From Candidatus Thorarchaeota archaeon (GTDB lineage Archaea > Asgardarchaeota > Thorarchaeia > Thorarchaeales > Thorarchaeaceae), in contig JBHLQM010000023.1 in the NCBI GenBank assembly GCA_048884785.1, positions 1 through 44,961 on the forward strand: a DNA stretch of 44,961 nt, written 5' to 3'. Each line of letters opens with the position of its first letter. Positions within the stretch are counted from its first letter, which is position 1. A program made the position numbers and the translations under genes. The notes beneath the pieces are model-generated. The model was given only the letters and a program-made list of their open reading frames with translations. It searched no databases and was not told where the DNA came from. Positions 1-9,083 of the stretch are shown piece by piece.

Positions 1-1790
1 AAAGGATCATATGAATCTTCAGTCACAAGTGTGGTTTCCTCATGTTCAGCCTCTTGTTCCGCCACGAGAATCATTCCTGTATAGCCATCTACAACAAGCC
101 CGTACTGCAGTGCCAGATTCATGATCTGAAGTCTAAGACTCTCAGTTGGACCCTCTAATTCAACGACATGAAGCAACCATGATATTCTGTGTTGTGCCCA
201 AATTAGCTCAACATGAGGATTATCCGGACCTCCATCTGTGGCAGAATTGATATAGGATTCAGCCCCTTCAATATACTCAACGGTTGTTTCAATTGAAATC
301 CCTGTTCTATACCTCCCACTTATGACCACTTCACTTCCATTGAAGAAAGGCGCACTACCAAGAGGCATCATTGAAACATACTCTACAGCACCGGAAATGG
401 TAATGCTGAAACCTCCTGCTATGGGAGTTGACCACACTTTGTAGAAATCCATGAGTGAAGTTGCCGCATCTTCATCAGGTTCAATCAAGGCAAAGAACCC
501 ATTATTCTGTGCTGCAACATTCGACATAAGACTCTCGTCAGCATCGTAGCCAAAAGCCACGGTAGAGATGGATACATCAAGGGTATTTGCCTCCTCAATT
601 GCATTCAGTATTTCTTGAGGGAATGTGGTAAAACCTGATGTGGGCAGGCCATCAGATAATAGAAGCATGACCTTTGCATATGATCCTCCTGTAAAGGTAG
701 CCAAACCATCCATGCTCGCGCCATAGAAGTTTGTCGAGCCATCAGCTGCAAGGCTGTTGACATATTTTTGTGCAGTGGCGATATGTTCAGTTGTTGCAGA
801 ATATGGTTCCGCCCATAACACATGCACCTCAGTTGAGAATGAAACGACATTGAAGATATCCACAGGTCCAAGGTCTGCAATCATTGCATTGAAGGCAATC
901 TTTGCCTGCTGTAATTTGGTGCCACTCATTGAACCAGACCTATCCAATACAAATACGTACTCTCTGGGAACCCTCTCATCGACACTTGTTATATGCGGGG
1001 CTAATAAGTAGACAAAGAAATTCTGAGAACCATTATTATAGGTCAGAAGCTGACTCCCACCGATTTGCCGCTCCAATACATAAGTCAGGGATATCTCATC
1101 GGGAATAGGTACCTCATTCGCTGAGTATTGCAATCTGACCCCTTCATCTAAATCAGTAGTGGTCATTCCTGATAGCCCAACGACGCTATATCCGGAAATC
1201 CCTCCATAGTGTGATATGAGGGTAAAATCAAAGGCAAAATCACATTGAAGACTGCCCTCAGCGAGAATGGGGATTGAGAGTGAGTAGAGGCCCAGACTTC
1301 TCACAAGAAGCCCCTCAGCAAATACTCGCAAGATAGCAAGTGTATTATTGGCAACGTTGAGATTGAGGTAGTACCCGCCGGGACCGCGAGTGACTAGTAC
1401 TGCGGTTTTTCCTTCTTCAACGCTCTCTTCATATGTTGTTATTGCTTCTTGCTCAGGAATTACCTTCCCCCAATAAATGTCGCCATTCATAACAACAGAC
1501 ACATTGCTCAGGCGAATTCCTTTTTGCAGCCCAAAGAACCAGCTAACCTCTTTGCTAACGGAAGACTCGGTGTTATCAAAACTCATTTCATAAGTAGTAT
1601 TTGCGTAGTTATCGAGAATGGATCCCGAAATAGAAATACTCGATGGTTCCAATAGCCCAGTCTGAGCGACAACCGGCATTGGTAAACATGCGACCAACAT
1701 GAGTACCAATAAAGAGAATGCAGCCGCTATCCTTTGACGAACCGTTTTCACACGAATCAACCCCCAAATAAGAATAGCCAGCAATGACAT
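1..1790 (-). CDS. VIT + von Willebrand factor A (VWA) domain protein, secreted or surface-located; 3' end runs off the window
   Basis: Not in the ORF track; segments translated by hand. Start is ATG 1790 or GTG 1751 (preceded by GGGGGTTGA). Signal-like VKTVRQRIAAAFSLLVLMLVACLPMPVVAQ, then VIT-like ISGSILDNYANTTYEMSFDN...WGKVIPEQEAITTYEESVEEGKTAVLV. VWA MIDAS motif PREYVFVLDRSGSMSGTKLQQAK near 910-970. C-terminal LALQYGLVVDGYTGMILV is in the same frame. Confidence 0.9.
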   Translation of the reverse strand, partial: MSLLAILIWGLIRVKTVRQRIAAAFSLLVLMLVACLPMPVVAQTGLLEPSSISISGSILDNYANTTYEMSFDNTESSVSKEVSWFFGLQKGIRLSNVSVVMNGDIYWGKVIPEQEAITTYEESVEEGKTAVLVTRGPGGYYLNLNVANNTLAILRVFAEGLLVRSLGLYSLSIPILAEGSLQCDFAFDFTLISHYGGISGYSVVGLSGMTTTDLDEGVRLQYSANEVPIPDEISLTYVLERQIGGSQLLTYNNGSQNFFVYLLAPHITSVDERVPREYVFVLDRSGSMSGTKLQQAKIAFNAMIADLGPVDIFNVVSFSTEVHVLWAEPYSATTEHIATAQKYVNSLAADGSTNFYGASMDGLATFTGGSYAKVMLLLSDGLPTSGFTTFPQEILNAIEEANTLDVSISTVAFGYDADESLMSNVAAQNNGFFALIEPDEDAATSLMDFYKVWSTPIAGGFSITISGAVEYVSMMPLGSAPFFNGSEVVISGRYRTGISIETTVEYIEGAESYINSATDGGPDNPHVELIWAQHRISWLLHVVELEGPTESLRLQIMNLALQYGLVVDGYTGMILVAEQEAEHEETTLVTEDSYDP

Positions 1791-2083
1791 AACACATCTG
1801 GTGCTTTTTTCTACACATTGAAGTCAATGCACAATCAATGAATTTCTGCTGACTATCATATATACAATGAACAACTTTGACTTTATTCTAATCATAGAAC
1901 CCTTGGTTCGAAAACTTGAACACAAATCATCGTTGCACAAGTGGACTGTTCTAAACTTGGAACGACTTGTTCAACGTCCTATTATTATAAAATTGGCCTA
2001 GGTTCAGCCATTCTAAAGCAAAGCCATAAGCTTAAGTTGGATATGTCATGCTTCGTTCTAATACTTAGGATGGCGCATTATAT

Positions 2084-3556
2084 ATGTTTGAGACTCCAAC
2101 GAAAATGCCCGGAACCTATATCCTTGTAGTGGCAATTGGTTTTGGAACATTCTTGGGAGCTCTCGATGCGTCCATTGTGAACGTGTCGCTCTTCACCATG
2201 GCAGCAAATCTTGGAGTCAATATGAATGAAATCCAATGGGTAGTGCTAGCTTACCTACTTGTGATAACATCGTTCATGCCCTTAATGGGAAAACTGGGTG
2301 ATAGGTATGGTAAAACAAGAGTGTTTCAGTCTGGGATGATAATATTCATTGTAGGATCATTCCTCTGTGCTCTGTCGCCTACACTTGTTATTTTGGTATC
2401 ATCAAGAATTTTCCAGGCACTTGGTGCTAGCATCATGTCAGCAAATGGATTGGCGTTAATCACATATTTTACCACCCCGCAGAATAGAGGGAGAGCTATT
2501 GGTTGGGTTTCGGTTATTCTTGCTGCAGCACTAGGAATAGGTCCGGTTCTAGGGGGAGTATTAAGTCAGTATTATGGCTGGCCGAGTATTTTCTTGGTTA
2601 ATCTCCCAATGGGGATATTTGGATACCTACTGGTTCAGAAGTATATTCCAGAAACAAAGAGAGTTGAAGAAATCAAATTCGATACGATTGGAGCAGCTCT
2701 GTTCCTGACATTCCTGCTATCTTTGGTATATTATGTATCAGTTGCTACTTCAGCCAGTTTGACCGAAGCATTTGTGTTTATTTCTATAATAATCGGATCA
2801 TTAGCTGCTTTTATTCTGAGAGAACGACGCTTCATTACTCCCATTATTCCGACATCAGTTCTTACAGACAGAAAGATATCTACAAGCATCTTTTCTGCAT
2901 TGTTGGCCTACATGGGACTTGTACCAGTCACGTTTCTCATGCCCTTTTTCCTTCAGGAAGCGCTAGGTTTCAGTCAGTCACTAACAGGACTCTTCTTAAT
3001 AGTCCATCCAATCACAATTTCAGTGGTTGGGCCGGCGGCAGGATTCATATCTGAAAGGGTTATAGCTAAGTATCAAACAGTTGTAGGTCTGTGTATTGAA
3101 TTACTCGGCCTGACTCTTCTTGCCTATGTCATGCCAAACATCATACTTATGGCAGCCGCGGTCATGATTATGGGTTTCGGGCTTTCACTCTTCACCGTGG
3201 CAAATGGCAACTTTGTCATGACAAGTGCTCCAAAGGAGTATATGGGAGTCATCAGTGCGCTAACCAACATTGCTAGGACTACTGGTTTCAGTATTGGTAC
3301 GGCAGCCGTTACAGCAACGTTCACGTTTCTACTGATTCTATTCAATCCAATAGGACTGGTGTCCGGTCCTGAGTTCGTTAGAGCCTACACTTCTAGTGTT
3401 CAATTCTCAATCTGGATATTTTGTAGCTTGGTCATTGTTGGCATTATAATCTCTGCATTTCGAGGACTCAATAGTGCGGAAATTGATAGAAACAATGAGA
3501 CAGGTGATTCAATCGTTTCATCAATATCGGCCTACGAGAGTGACAACAACCAGTAG
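2084..3556 (+). CDS. MFS transporter, 14-TM DHA2 (EmrB/QacA-like) family
   Basis: LDASIVNVS, motif A GKLGDRYGKTR, GPVLGG and WPSIFLVNLPMG; many TM helices. Confidence 0.92.
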   Translation: MFETPTKMPGTYILVVAIGFGTFLGALDASIVNVSLFTMAANLGVNMNEIQWVVLAYLLVITSFMPLMGKLGDRYGKTRVFQSGMIIFIVGSFLCALSPTLVILVSSRIFQALGASIMSANGLALITYFTTPQNRGRAIGWVSVILAAALGIGPVLGGVLSQYYGWPSIFLVNLPMGIFGYLLVQKYIPETKRVEEIKFDTIGAALFLTFLLSLVYYVSVATSASLTEAFVFISIIIGSLAAFILRERRFITPIIPTSVLTDRKISTSIFSALLAYMGLVPVTFLMPFFLQEALGFSQSLTGLFLIVHPITISVVGPAAGFISERVIAKYQTVVGLCIELLGLTLLAYVMPNIILMAAAVMIMGFGLSLFTVANGNFVMTSAPKEYMGVISALTNIARTTGFSIGTAAVTATFTFLLILFNPIGLVSGPEFVRAYTSSVQFSIWIFCSLVIVGIIISAFRGLNSAEIDRNNETGDSIVSSISAYESDNNQ

Positions 3557-3570
3557 ATTCCTAGATGCTC

Positions 3571-4917
3571 TCAAAGCTTGCAATTATCAGCCAAGAAGAG
3601 AACTCTTCTCCGAAAATCGGGATGATCAATCATGAGCAGATTAGTGCCTGTTTCGCTATCAAACATGTACTTATTGGGATTCTTTCTAAGCATGCTGACT
3701 AAATCGTTGAGCTCATCCATAGATAGTCTGCTGTCACCATCATAATCAACCTCTCTCCAATCAACAATTCCTGGCTTTGGGGGCGCCTTCTGAGGTGCTT
3801 TGATTTCCTGTGATTCTTTTCTCTGGTCAAGTAGTTTCATGGTCGCAGGTTCTATTACGCTAATTATCTGTTCATCATTCAAGTTGACTCCATAGACTTC
3901 TCGCAGATGTCTGAGCTTAGTGTATAGAAACACCCACGGGGCCATTGTCTTTGCGTTTTGCTCATCAATTGCATCTAATGGGTAAGCAGATATCATACGC
4001 ATAAGTTCTGCTTGACCAACGGATCCGGCACGCTCAGGATTTAAAGACTCGAGCCACCGAATCTCCTCTATTAGAGATGTCACAGCTTCTACTCTCTGCC
4101 CAAGACGGAGGAGGGCGTTTAGTGTTGACGCGGTTCCTTCCGTGATTGCCGCATGATAATCTGCCAAAAGCTCAGCTTCTCTTGAGGCTTTTTGAATAAG
4201 TAGGTGAGCCAAGATTATGACAAGTCGTGAGATGATAAAGAATCCAAAGAGAACAATAAGTCTGATTCCTGCCCATGCCAAGTCAAACTGCACCAATAGT
4301 GCTGTAGCAATACCAAGTCCAATTCTAACATATATGTAGAGATAGATTGCATCCACGAAAAAGGCTGGCATCCTTGTAAAGATTGAAACAAATGAATCAT
4401 TGTTCTTTATGTGACCAATCTCATGTGCAATAATTGAACGTACCTCTCCGGGGTTGAGCAAATCGAGGAGATTACTGTGAATTGTTAGTACAGATCCAAC
4501 AAGGGGGAGGCTAAAGGTAAAGGCATTGGGTAGGGGGGACTGCATAACATATATTTTGTCAAGTCTAACGCCCGAATTCTTGGCAACTTCCATTGACCAA
4601 TTGACAAGATCCTCTCTCGAGAACTTACATCTAAAGCCTTCTTTCCTGACGAAATTAGGATAGAGTTCAACCATCATCTTGTTGCGAAGCATTGCAAGAG
4701 ATACATAATATACAATGATTAGTTGGAAGAGGGCTATTCCAATAAAAAGCCCTGCGGAAACAATGGCATTAGACTGTGACAGTTCAAATCCAATCATCCA
4801 TGGAGTCGCTTCATTAAGTGTAAGAATAGACACCACAAGTATCTGAAGCGCGTCAAGAATCAGGAAGAGAAACAAGCTTGTCCATTTACTCTTAGCTACA
4901 TCATCAACTTGTGACAT
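3571..4917 (-). CDS. M48 (HtpX-like) membrane zinc metalloprotease with an inserted region carrying an EF-hand-like loop
   Basis: PNAF, AHEIGH zinc motif, SREAELLADY third-ligand helix, C-terminal DHPDFRRRV. Loop DYDGDSRLSMDE at 3712-3747. Confidence 0.9.
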   Translation of the reverse strand: MSQVDDVAKSKWTSLFLFLILDALQILVVSILTLNEATPWMIGFELSQSNAIVSAGLFIGIALFQLIIVYYVSLAMLRNKMMVELYPNFVRKEGFRCKFSREDLVNWSMEVAKNSGVRLDKIYVMQSPLPNAFTFSLPLVGSVLTIHSNLLDLLNPGEVRSIIAHEIGHIKNNDSFVSIFTRMPAFFVDAIYLYIYVRIGLGIATALLVQFDLAWAGIRLIVLFGFFIISRLVIILAHLLIQKASREAELLADYHAAITEGTASTLNALLRLGQRVEAVTSLIEEIRWLESLNPERAGSVGQAELMRMISAYPLDAIDEQNAKTMAPWVFLYTKLRHLREVYGVNLNDEQIISVIEPATMKLLDQRKESQEIKAPQKAPPKPGIVDWREVDYDGDSRLSMDELNDLVSMLRKNPNKYMFDSETGTNLLMIDHPDFRRRVLFLADNCKL

Positions 4918-5068
4918 TGGATCATACTCCTATTTCGCAGGTAGAAACTTGAATTTCTAGTTTGCATCTTCACATAAAGCTTGGCGAGGGGCATCATGAC
5001 CTGATTAGTAGGTTTTATTATACCTATGAGAACAGCACCAGCCGAGTGAATTAGCTTTGATTGAAGGT

Positions 5069-6487
5069 ATGGATTTAGCTGAACATTGCATCGAGTATGC
5101 ACGCAAACTTGGTGCAGAATACGTTGAGGCTCGACTCGTCAATCAGACTTCTAGAGGGATCGCCTACAGGAACGGAGAACCCATCTCCGGAGGAATGGAA
5201 CCCTCTACTGGCATAGGCGTTAGAGTTCTTGTAAATGGAAACATGGGCTTCTGTTCGTTTGACAGATTGAACCGCCAAGTAGCTGAAGATACTATCTCTG
5301 CTGTTTTCAGAATGGCTAGAGCAGCAGATAGGAAAGTCAAGATTGACCTAGGAGAGCCAATCTCCAATAAAGCTAAGTGGAAGGTGAAACTAAGGCAAAG
5401 GGTCACTGATGTTGACATTGACACCATTATGAACGCTGCAAAAGAGATGAACGAAAAGATGCAAGACCTTGCCCAGTACACTATGATGTTCAATCTCTCA
5501 GAGAGTGAAAAGTATCTGGTAACAAGTGAAGGCACTGAGATTGAGTCTTTGAATTCTCACATCAAGTTGTTCTTTCTTCTCACTGCTAAAGGGAAAATTG
5601 GCACGGAACAAAGAATGCTTGATATGACCCAGTGCGGAGGTTGGGACCGAATCAAAGACGCTGCAGTAGTTGATGAATTGGAAGATGAAGTTGAACGCTT
5701 GAAGAGAGCAGCAATGAACGCAGAAAAGATAGATGAATTGATGAATGGACCTATTGACATGGTGGTCGGTCCCGAGGTATCTGGCATCATTGCACATGAG
5801 AATGTAGGACACCCCAGTGAGGGCGATCGTATAATGGGGCGCGAGGGGGCTCAGGCGGGTGAGAGCTTTTGGAGAGACCTCAAACTTGGTGAATCAAGAG
5901 TTGGATCTGAAGCTGTGAATGTAAGTGAAGACCCAACAATTGACAATACAGGAGGCTTCTATATCTATGATGATGAGGGTGTGAAGGCAAGGAAGAGAGT
6001 TCTCATCAAAGAGGGAGTAATTCATGAACCATTACTCAATAGAGAGTTTGGCGTCAAATTCGGCATGGGCTCGAATGGTGCCGCACGTTCCATTGCCTAC
6101 AACCGAGAGCCAATCATTAGAATGGCCAACACCTTCTTTGAACCAGGTGATCATTCTTTTGATGAGCTGATTGAAGATATCAAGCTGGGCGTTTACATGC
6201 GGAGCTTCATGGAATGGAACATAGACGCCACACGTTATCAGAGTAAGTATTCCGGTGCTGAATCATACCTCATCAAGGATGGTGAAGTAACAGATATCAT
6301 GGTAAAGCGTCCAGTCCTTGAGACCACAAGCGTCGGTCTCCTGAGTGCTGTTGATGCAGTCTCCAAGGATTTGAGATTCGACTTCCCAGGAACTTGCGGA
6401 AAAAGCGATCCTATGCAGGGAGTTCCTGTGTATGCGGGAGGCGGCGAGATTCGCTTCAGAAGCATCAGACTTGGAGGTGTTGGATAA
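5069..6487 (+). CDS. tldD: TldD metalloprotease subunit
   Basis: HENVGHPSEGDR (HExxxH), YDDEGV, RMANT and C-terminal CGK zinc ligand. ATG 5069 preferred over TTG 5057. Confidence 0.93.
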   Translation: MDLAEHCIEYARKLGAEYVEARLVNQTSRGIAYRNGEPISGGMEPSTGIGVRVLVNGNMGFCSFDRLNRQVAEDTISAVFRMARAADRKVKIDLGEPISNKAKWKVKLRQRVTDVDIDTIMNAAKEMNEKMQDLAQYTMMFNLSESEKYLVTSEGTEIESLNSHIKLFFLLTAKGKIGTEQRMLDMTQCGGWDRIKDAAVVDELEDEVERLKRAAMNAEKIDELMNGPIDMVVGPEVSGIIAHENVGHPSEGDRIMGREGAQAGESFWRDLKLGESRVGSEAVNVSEDPTIDNTGGFYIYDDEGVKARKRVLIKEGVIHEPLLNREFGVKFGMGSNGAARSIAYNREPIIRMANTFFEPGDHSFDELIEDIKLGVYMRSFMEWNIDATRYQSKYSGAESYLIKDGEVTDIMVKRPVLETTSVGLLSAVDAVSKDLRFDFPGTCGKSDPMQGVPVYAGGGEIRFRSIRLGGVG

Positions 6488-7866
6488 TGGCAGACCTCGA
6501 TATGCTTCAAACTTATGCTGATCTGGTCCTTGAGTATAGTAAGAGTAGAGTGGAGGGAGTAATAGCTCGCAGTTACAAATCTACAGCCTCCCAGATCAGA
6601 TTCTCTCAGAATGCAATTGATATCGCAAAGAGATGGGAAGAGGTTGGTATTGAGCTCTTTATGATCATTGAAGGAACAAAGACAGGATACAGCCAGAGAT
6701 CTGTCACAAGCGAAGATGAAGCAAAACAGCTTGTTGATGATACCATATCCTTCTCAAAGCGATTACCTGATTCCATGTTCTTTGCAGGCGTTGAACAGAA
6801 TATGCATAGCTATAGGGATCTCAAGGGTGCATATGATGAAAAAATCGATGAGTTTACAGATATTGCACCAGGGCATGTAAACGCAGCAGTTGACGCTGCC
6901 CTTTCTGAGGGTGCAAAGAGAGTTGCAGGGGCTCTGAGGTTCTCCAAAGAGATTAGTGTACTCAAATCTAGCTACGGTCCTGAAGGCAGCTCTCAAAGGA
7001 CTCGATATGACCTGAATGTGAGAGCATTCCAAGACGAACTGGATTACTCAGGACAAGGCCTGGATTGCGGAACCAAACCAACACAAGCAGAGAAGGAGAT
7101 GGTGGCTGCAGGCACACAGGCTGGCAGACTCTCAAAGCAGGCTATCGGAGCAATCCAGGGAGAACCAGGAAAATATGACCTGATTCTGAGCCCTACAGTT
7201 GGTGCAAATATCTTGGGCAGCATACCTGATAGTGCAAATCCCTTCGCGATTCTCATTGGCGTGTCGCCCCTTGGTGATAAGATGGGAGAGAAAATCGCCC
7301 CGGAATTTGTCACCGTAACTGATAATCCTTGGATTCCAAATGGCATTGCATGCAATGCATACGACTTTGAGGGTACACCAACTCAGCAAACACAGCTCAT
7401 CAAGGACGGAGTACTGGTTTCGTTTGTACACAACACAACGACAGCAAAAATGTACGATACGTCTTCAACAGGCAGCTCTCAGATGCTTTCCCTCGGGGAA
7501 GGTCTCAGAATGCTTCTTCCAAATACCACAAACCTCGTATTCGATGAAGGAAATGCCTCCGTTGAAGAACTCATGGAAAACTCAAGACCAACAATCTATG
7601 TCACAAGCAATTGGTATACAAGATATCAGAATTACCAGACTGGAGAATTCTCATCGATTCCAAGAGATGCAATGTTCTTGATCAAGGATGGCGAAATGAA
7701 ACCAATAAAGAACCTAAGAATCAGCGATAATACCATGCGCATGTTTTCAAACATTGATGCCCTTGGAAATGATAGAAAACAGGTCTTCTGGTGGGAAGTT
7801 GCCACGCCTACGTTCATACCAACAATACGAGTAAGTGATTGCCGTATGTCAGCGGCAACACAATAG
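6487..7866 (+). CDS. tldE: TldE/PmbA subunit
   Basis: ATG 6487 overlaps the tldD stop (TAATG). IRFSQN, DFEGTP, PIKNLRISDN; lacks HExxxH, as expected for TldE. Confidence 0.88.
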   Translation: MADLDMLQTYADLVLEYSKSRVEGVIARSYKSTASQIRFSQNAIDIAKRWEEVGIELFMIIEGTKTGYSQRSVTSEDEAKQLVDDTISFSKRLPDSMFFAGVEQNMHSYRDLKGAYDEKIDEFTDIAPGHVNAAVDAALSEGAKRVAGALRFSKEISVLKSSYGPEGSSQRTRYDLNVRAFQDELDYSGQGLDCGTKPTQAEKEMVAAGTQAGRLSKQAIGAIQGEPGKYDLILSPTVGANILGSIPDSANPFAILIGVSPLGDKMGEKIAPEFVTVTDNPWIPNGIACNAYDFEGTPTQQTQLIKDGVLVSFVHNTTTAKMYDTSSTGSSQMLSLGEGLRMLLPNTTNLVFDEGNASVEELMENSRPTIYVTSNWYTRYQNYQTGEFSSIPRDAMFLIKDGEMKPIKNLRISDNTMRMFSNIDALGNDRKQVFWWEVATPTFIPTIRVSDCRMSAATQ

Positions 7867-7873
7867 ATGGTCA

Positions 7874-7900
7874 GCTCAGGTATTGGAAGAATACCTGAGC
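7874..7900. terminator. Inverted repeat between convergent tldE and GTPase genes
   Basis: GCTCAGGTATT-ggaag-AATACCTGAGC, perfect 11-bp stem, with a T-run shortly after on +. Confidence 0.6.
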
Positions 7901-7910
7901 ACAGGTCTTT

Positions 7911-8465
7911 TTAGAAGCTATTTGCTTTGGCAAAGCTCATTCTGCTCTTAATAGCTGCATTAATGAAGAGCTCGCCAACATTCTCTCCGGTCTTTGCACT
8001 TGTTTGGTAGAAATCAAGACACAGAACTTGGGCGAGTTGCCGTCCTTCTTGGGGATCGACTTCAAAGAAACTCTCTTTGTCACTCTTATTCGCCACGAGT
8101 GCGCCATTGACTGGATTCTCAGAACGTTCACAGAAACTCAGCGCAAGGCCCTCGTACCATTCTATTATAGCATCAAATGTTTCGCGTTCCGTAGGATCAT
8201 AGACAAGCATCACATAGTGAGCACCCTGATAGAATTGCGAACGAAGCAGCTCGAATGACTCTTGGCCACCCAAATCGACTATACTTAGGACAACTGTGCC
8301 ATCTGGGAAGTTCATATTGGCCGCTTTCAACTGAGCTCCAATCGTGGCCGTATAGGTCTCTGTGAAGATGTCTTCGAGATACCTTCTCACGAGTGAACTC
8401 TTGCCCACACTTGCAGGGCCAATGACTATGGCCTTGTACACCTCTGTCGCCAAGCAACTCACCAA
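7911..8465 (-). CDS. Ras-superfamily (Rab-like) small GTPase
   Basis: G1 GPASVGKS, G2 TATIG, G3 DLGGQ, G4 NKSD, G5 SAK. Start TTG 8465 or TTG 8453 (the latter follows a GGTGA site). Confidence 0.95.
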   Translation of the reverse strand: MVSCLATEVYKAIVIGPASVGKSSLVRRYLEDIFTETYTATIGAQLKAANMNFPDGTVVLSIVDLGGQESFELLRSQFYQGAHYVMLVYDPTERETFDAIIEWYEGLALSFCERSENPVNGALVANKSDKESFFEVDPQEGRQLAQVLCLDFYQTSAKTGENVGELFINAAIKSRMSFAKANSF

Positions 8466-8540
8466 CTGACAAATCTAAACATGTGACCCTATTTGAGAGT
8501 TCTTTGGACATTGTCCAGGCGTGAATCACACTTCGCAAGC

Positions 8541-8548
8541 TTTAGAAG
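8541..8548 (+). promoter_or_regulatory. Candidate archaeal TATA-like box (leaderless transcript)
   Basis: TTTAGAAG ends 24 nt before ATG 8572, with no SD sequence in between. Confidence 0.3.
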
Positions 8549-8571
8549 GTAACTAGTATCGCCTTTTTGAT

Positions 8572-9042
8572 ATGAAGGTCAACCTCGACGAGATTAGAAC
8601 ACGGACTACTAGTGTCAGAGGATATATCGATGCCTTGCCGGGCAAAGACCGCGATATCCTCTATGAAATGCATGATGAATACAAACTTGATATGAACATC
8701 GTCGAAGAGCTGAAAGATGAGCTAAGAAATCTGGTCGTTGTTGTTTTCAGTGCAGCATGGTGCAAGGACTGCAAGAATGCGATGCCAGTAATGCTTCACT
8801 TGGAAGAGAAATTAAATCTCGAGGTGCTTGTATTTAGTGGCATTAAGACAGCGCCACTAGATCCAAATCACAAGTGGGCGGTCCCGCCATCGCCTCCAGA
8901 AACAAATGAGTGGGGTATCACTGCAATACCATACTTCTTCTTCTTCAAGAAAGATGGAGAAAAAGTCGCTGTGCTCATCGAAAAGCCCAGGGTAAAAGAT
9001 ACTTTAGAGGCGGAAATTCTTTACGTGCTTAGGAATAAATAG
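8572..9042 (+). CDS. Thioredoxin-fold protein
   Basis: FSAAWCKDC CxxC motif and AIP cis-Pro loop. Confidence 0.88.
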   Translation: MKVNLDEIRTRTTSVRGYIDALPGKDRDILYEMHDEYKLDMNIVEELKDELRNLVVVVFSAAWCKDCKNAMPVMLHLEEKLNLEVLVFSGIKTAPLDPNHKWAVPPSPPETNEWGITAIPYFFFFKKDGEKVAVLIEKPRVKDTLEAEILYVLRNK

Positions 9043-9083
9043 ATGCGTGTAGTAATTAGTTAAACAACTAGGGAGGAATATTA

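Noticed and set aside
605-1827. Several short ORFs in the track (605-880, 757-1011, 902-1108, 1449-1655, 1609-1827)
   Set aside because: They are alternative-frame or antisense shadows of the VIT-VWA gene.
6394-6486. Long N-terminal extensions in the track (also 18741, 22964, 31056, 41838, 13052)
   Set aside because: They overlap upstream genes or promoters; downstream ATGs have SD sites, coupling or family-typical N-termini.
5069-7866. RiPP cluster built around TldDE
   Set aside because: No precursor peptide, YcaO or radical SAM gene nearby; TldDE are common housekeeping genes in archaea.
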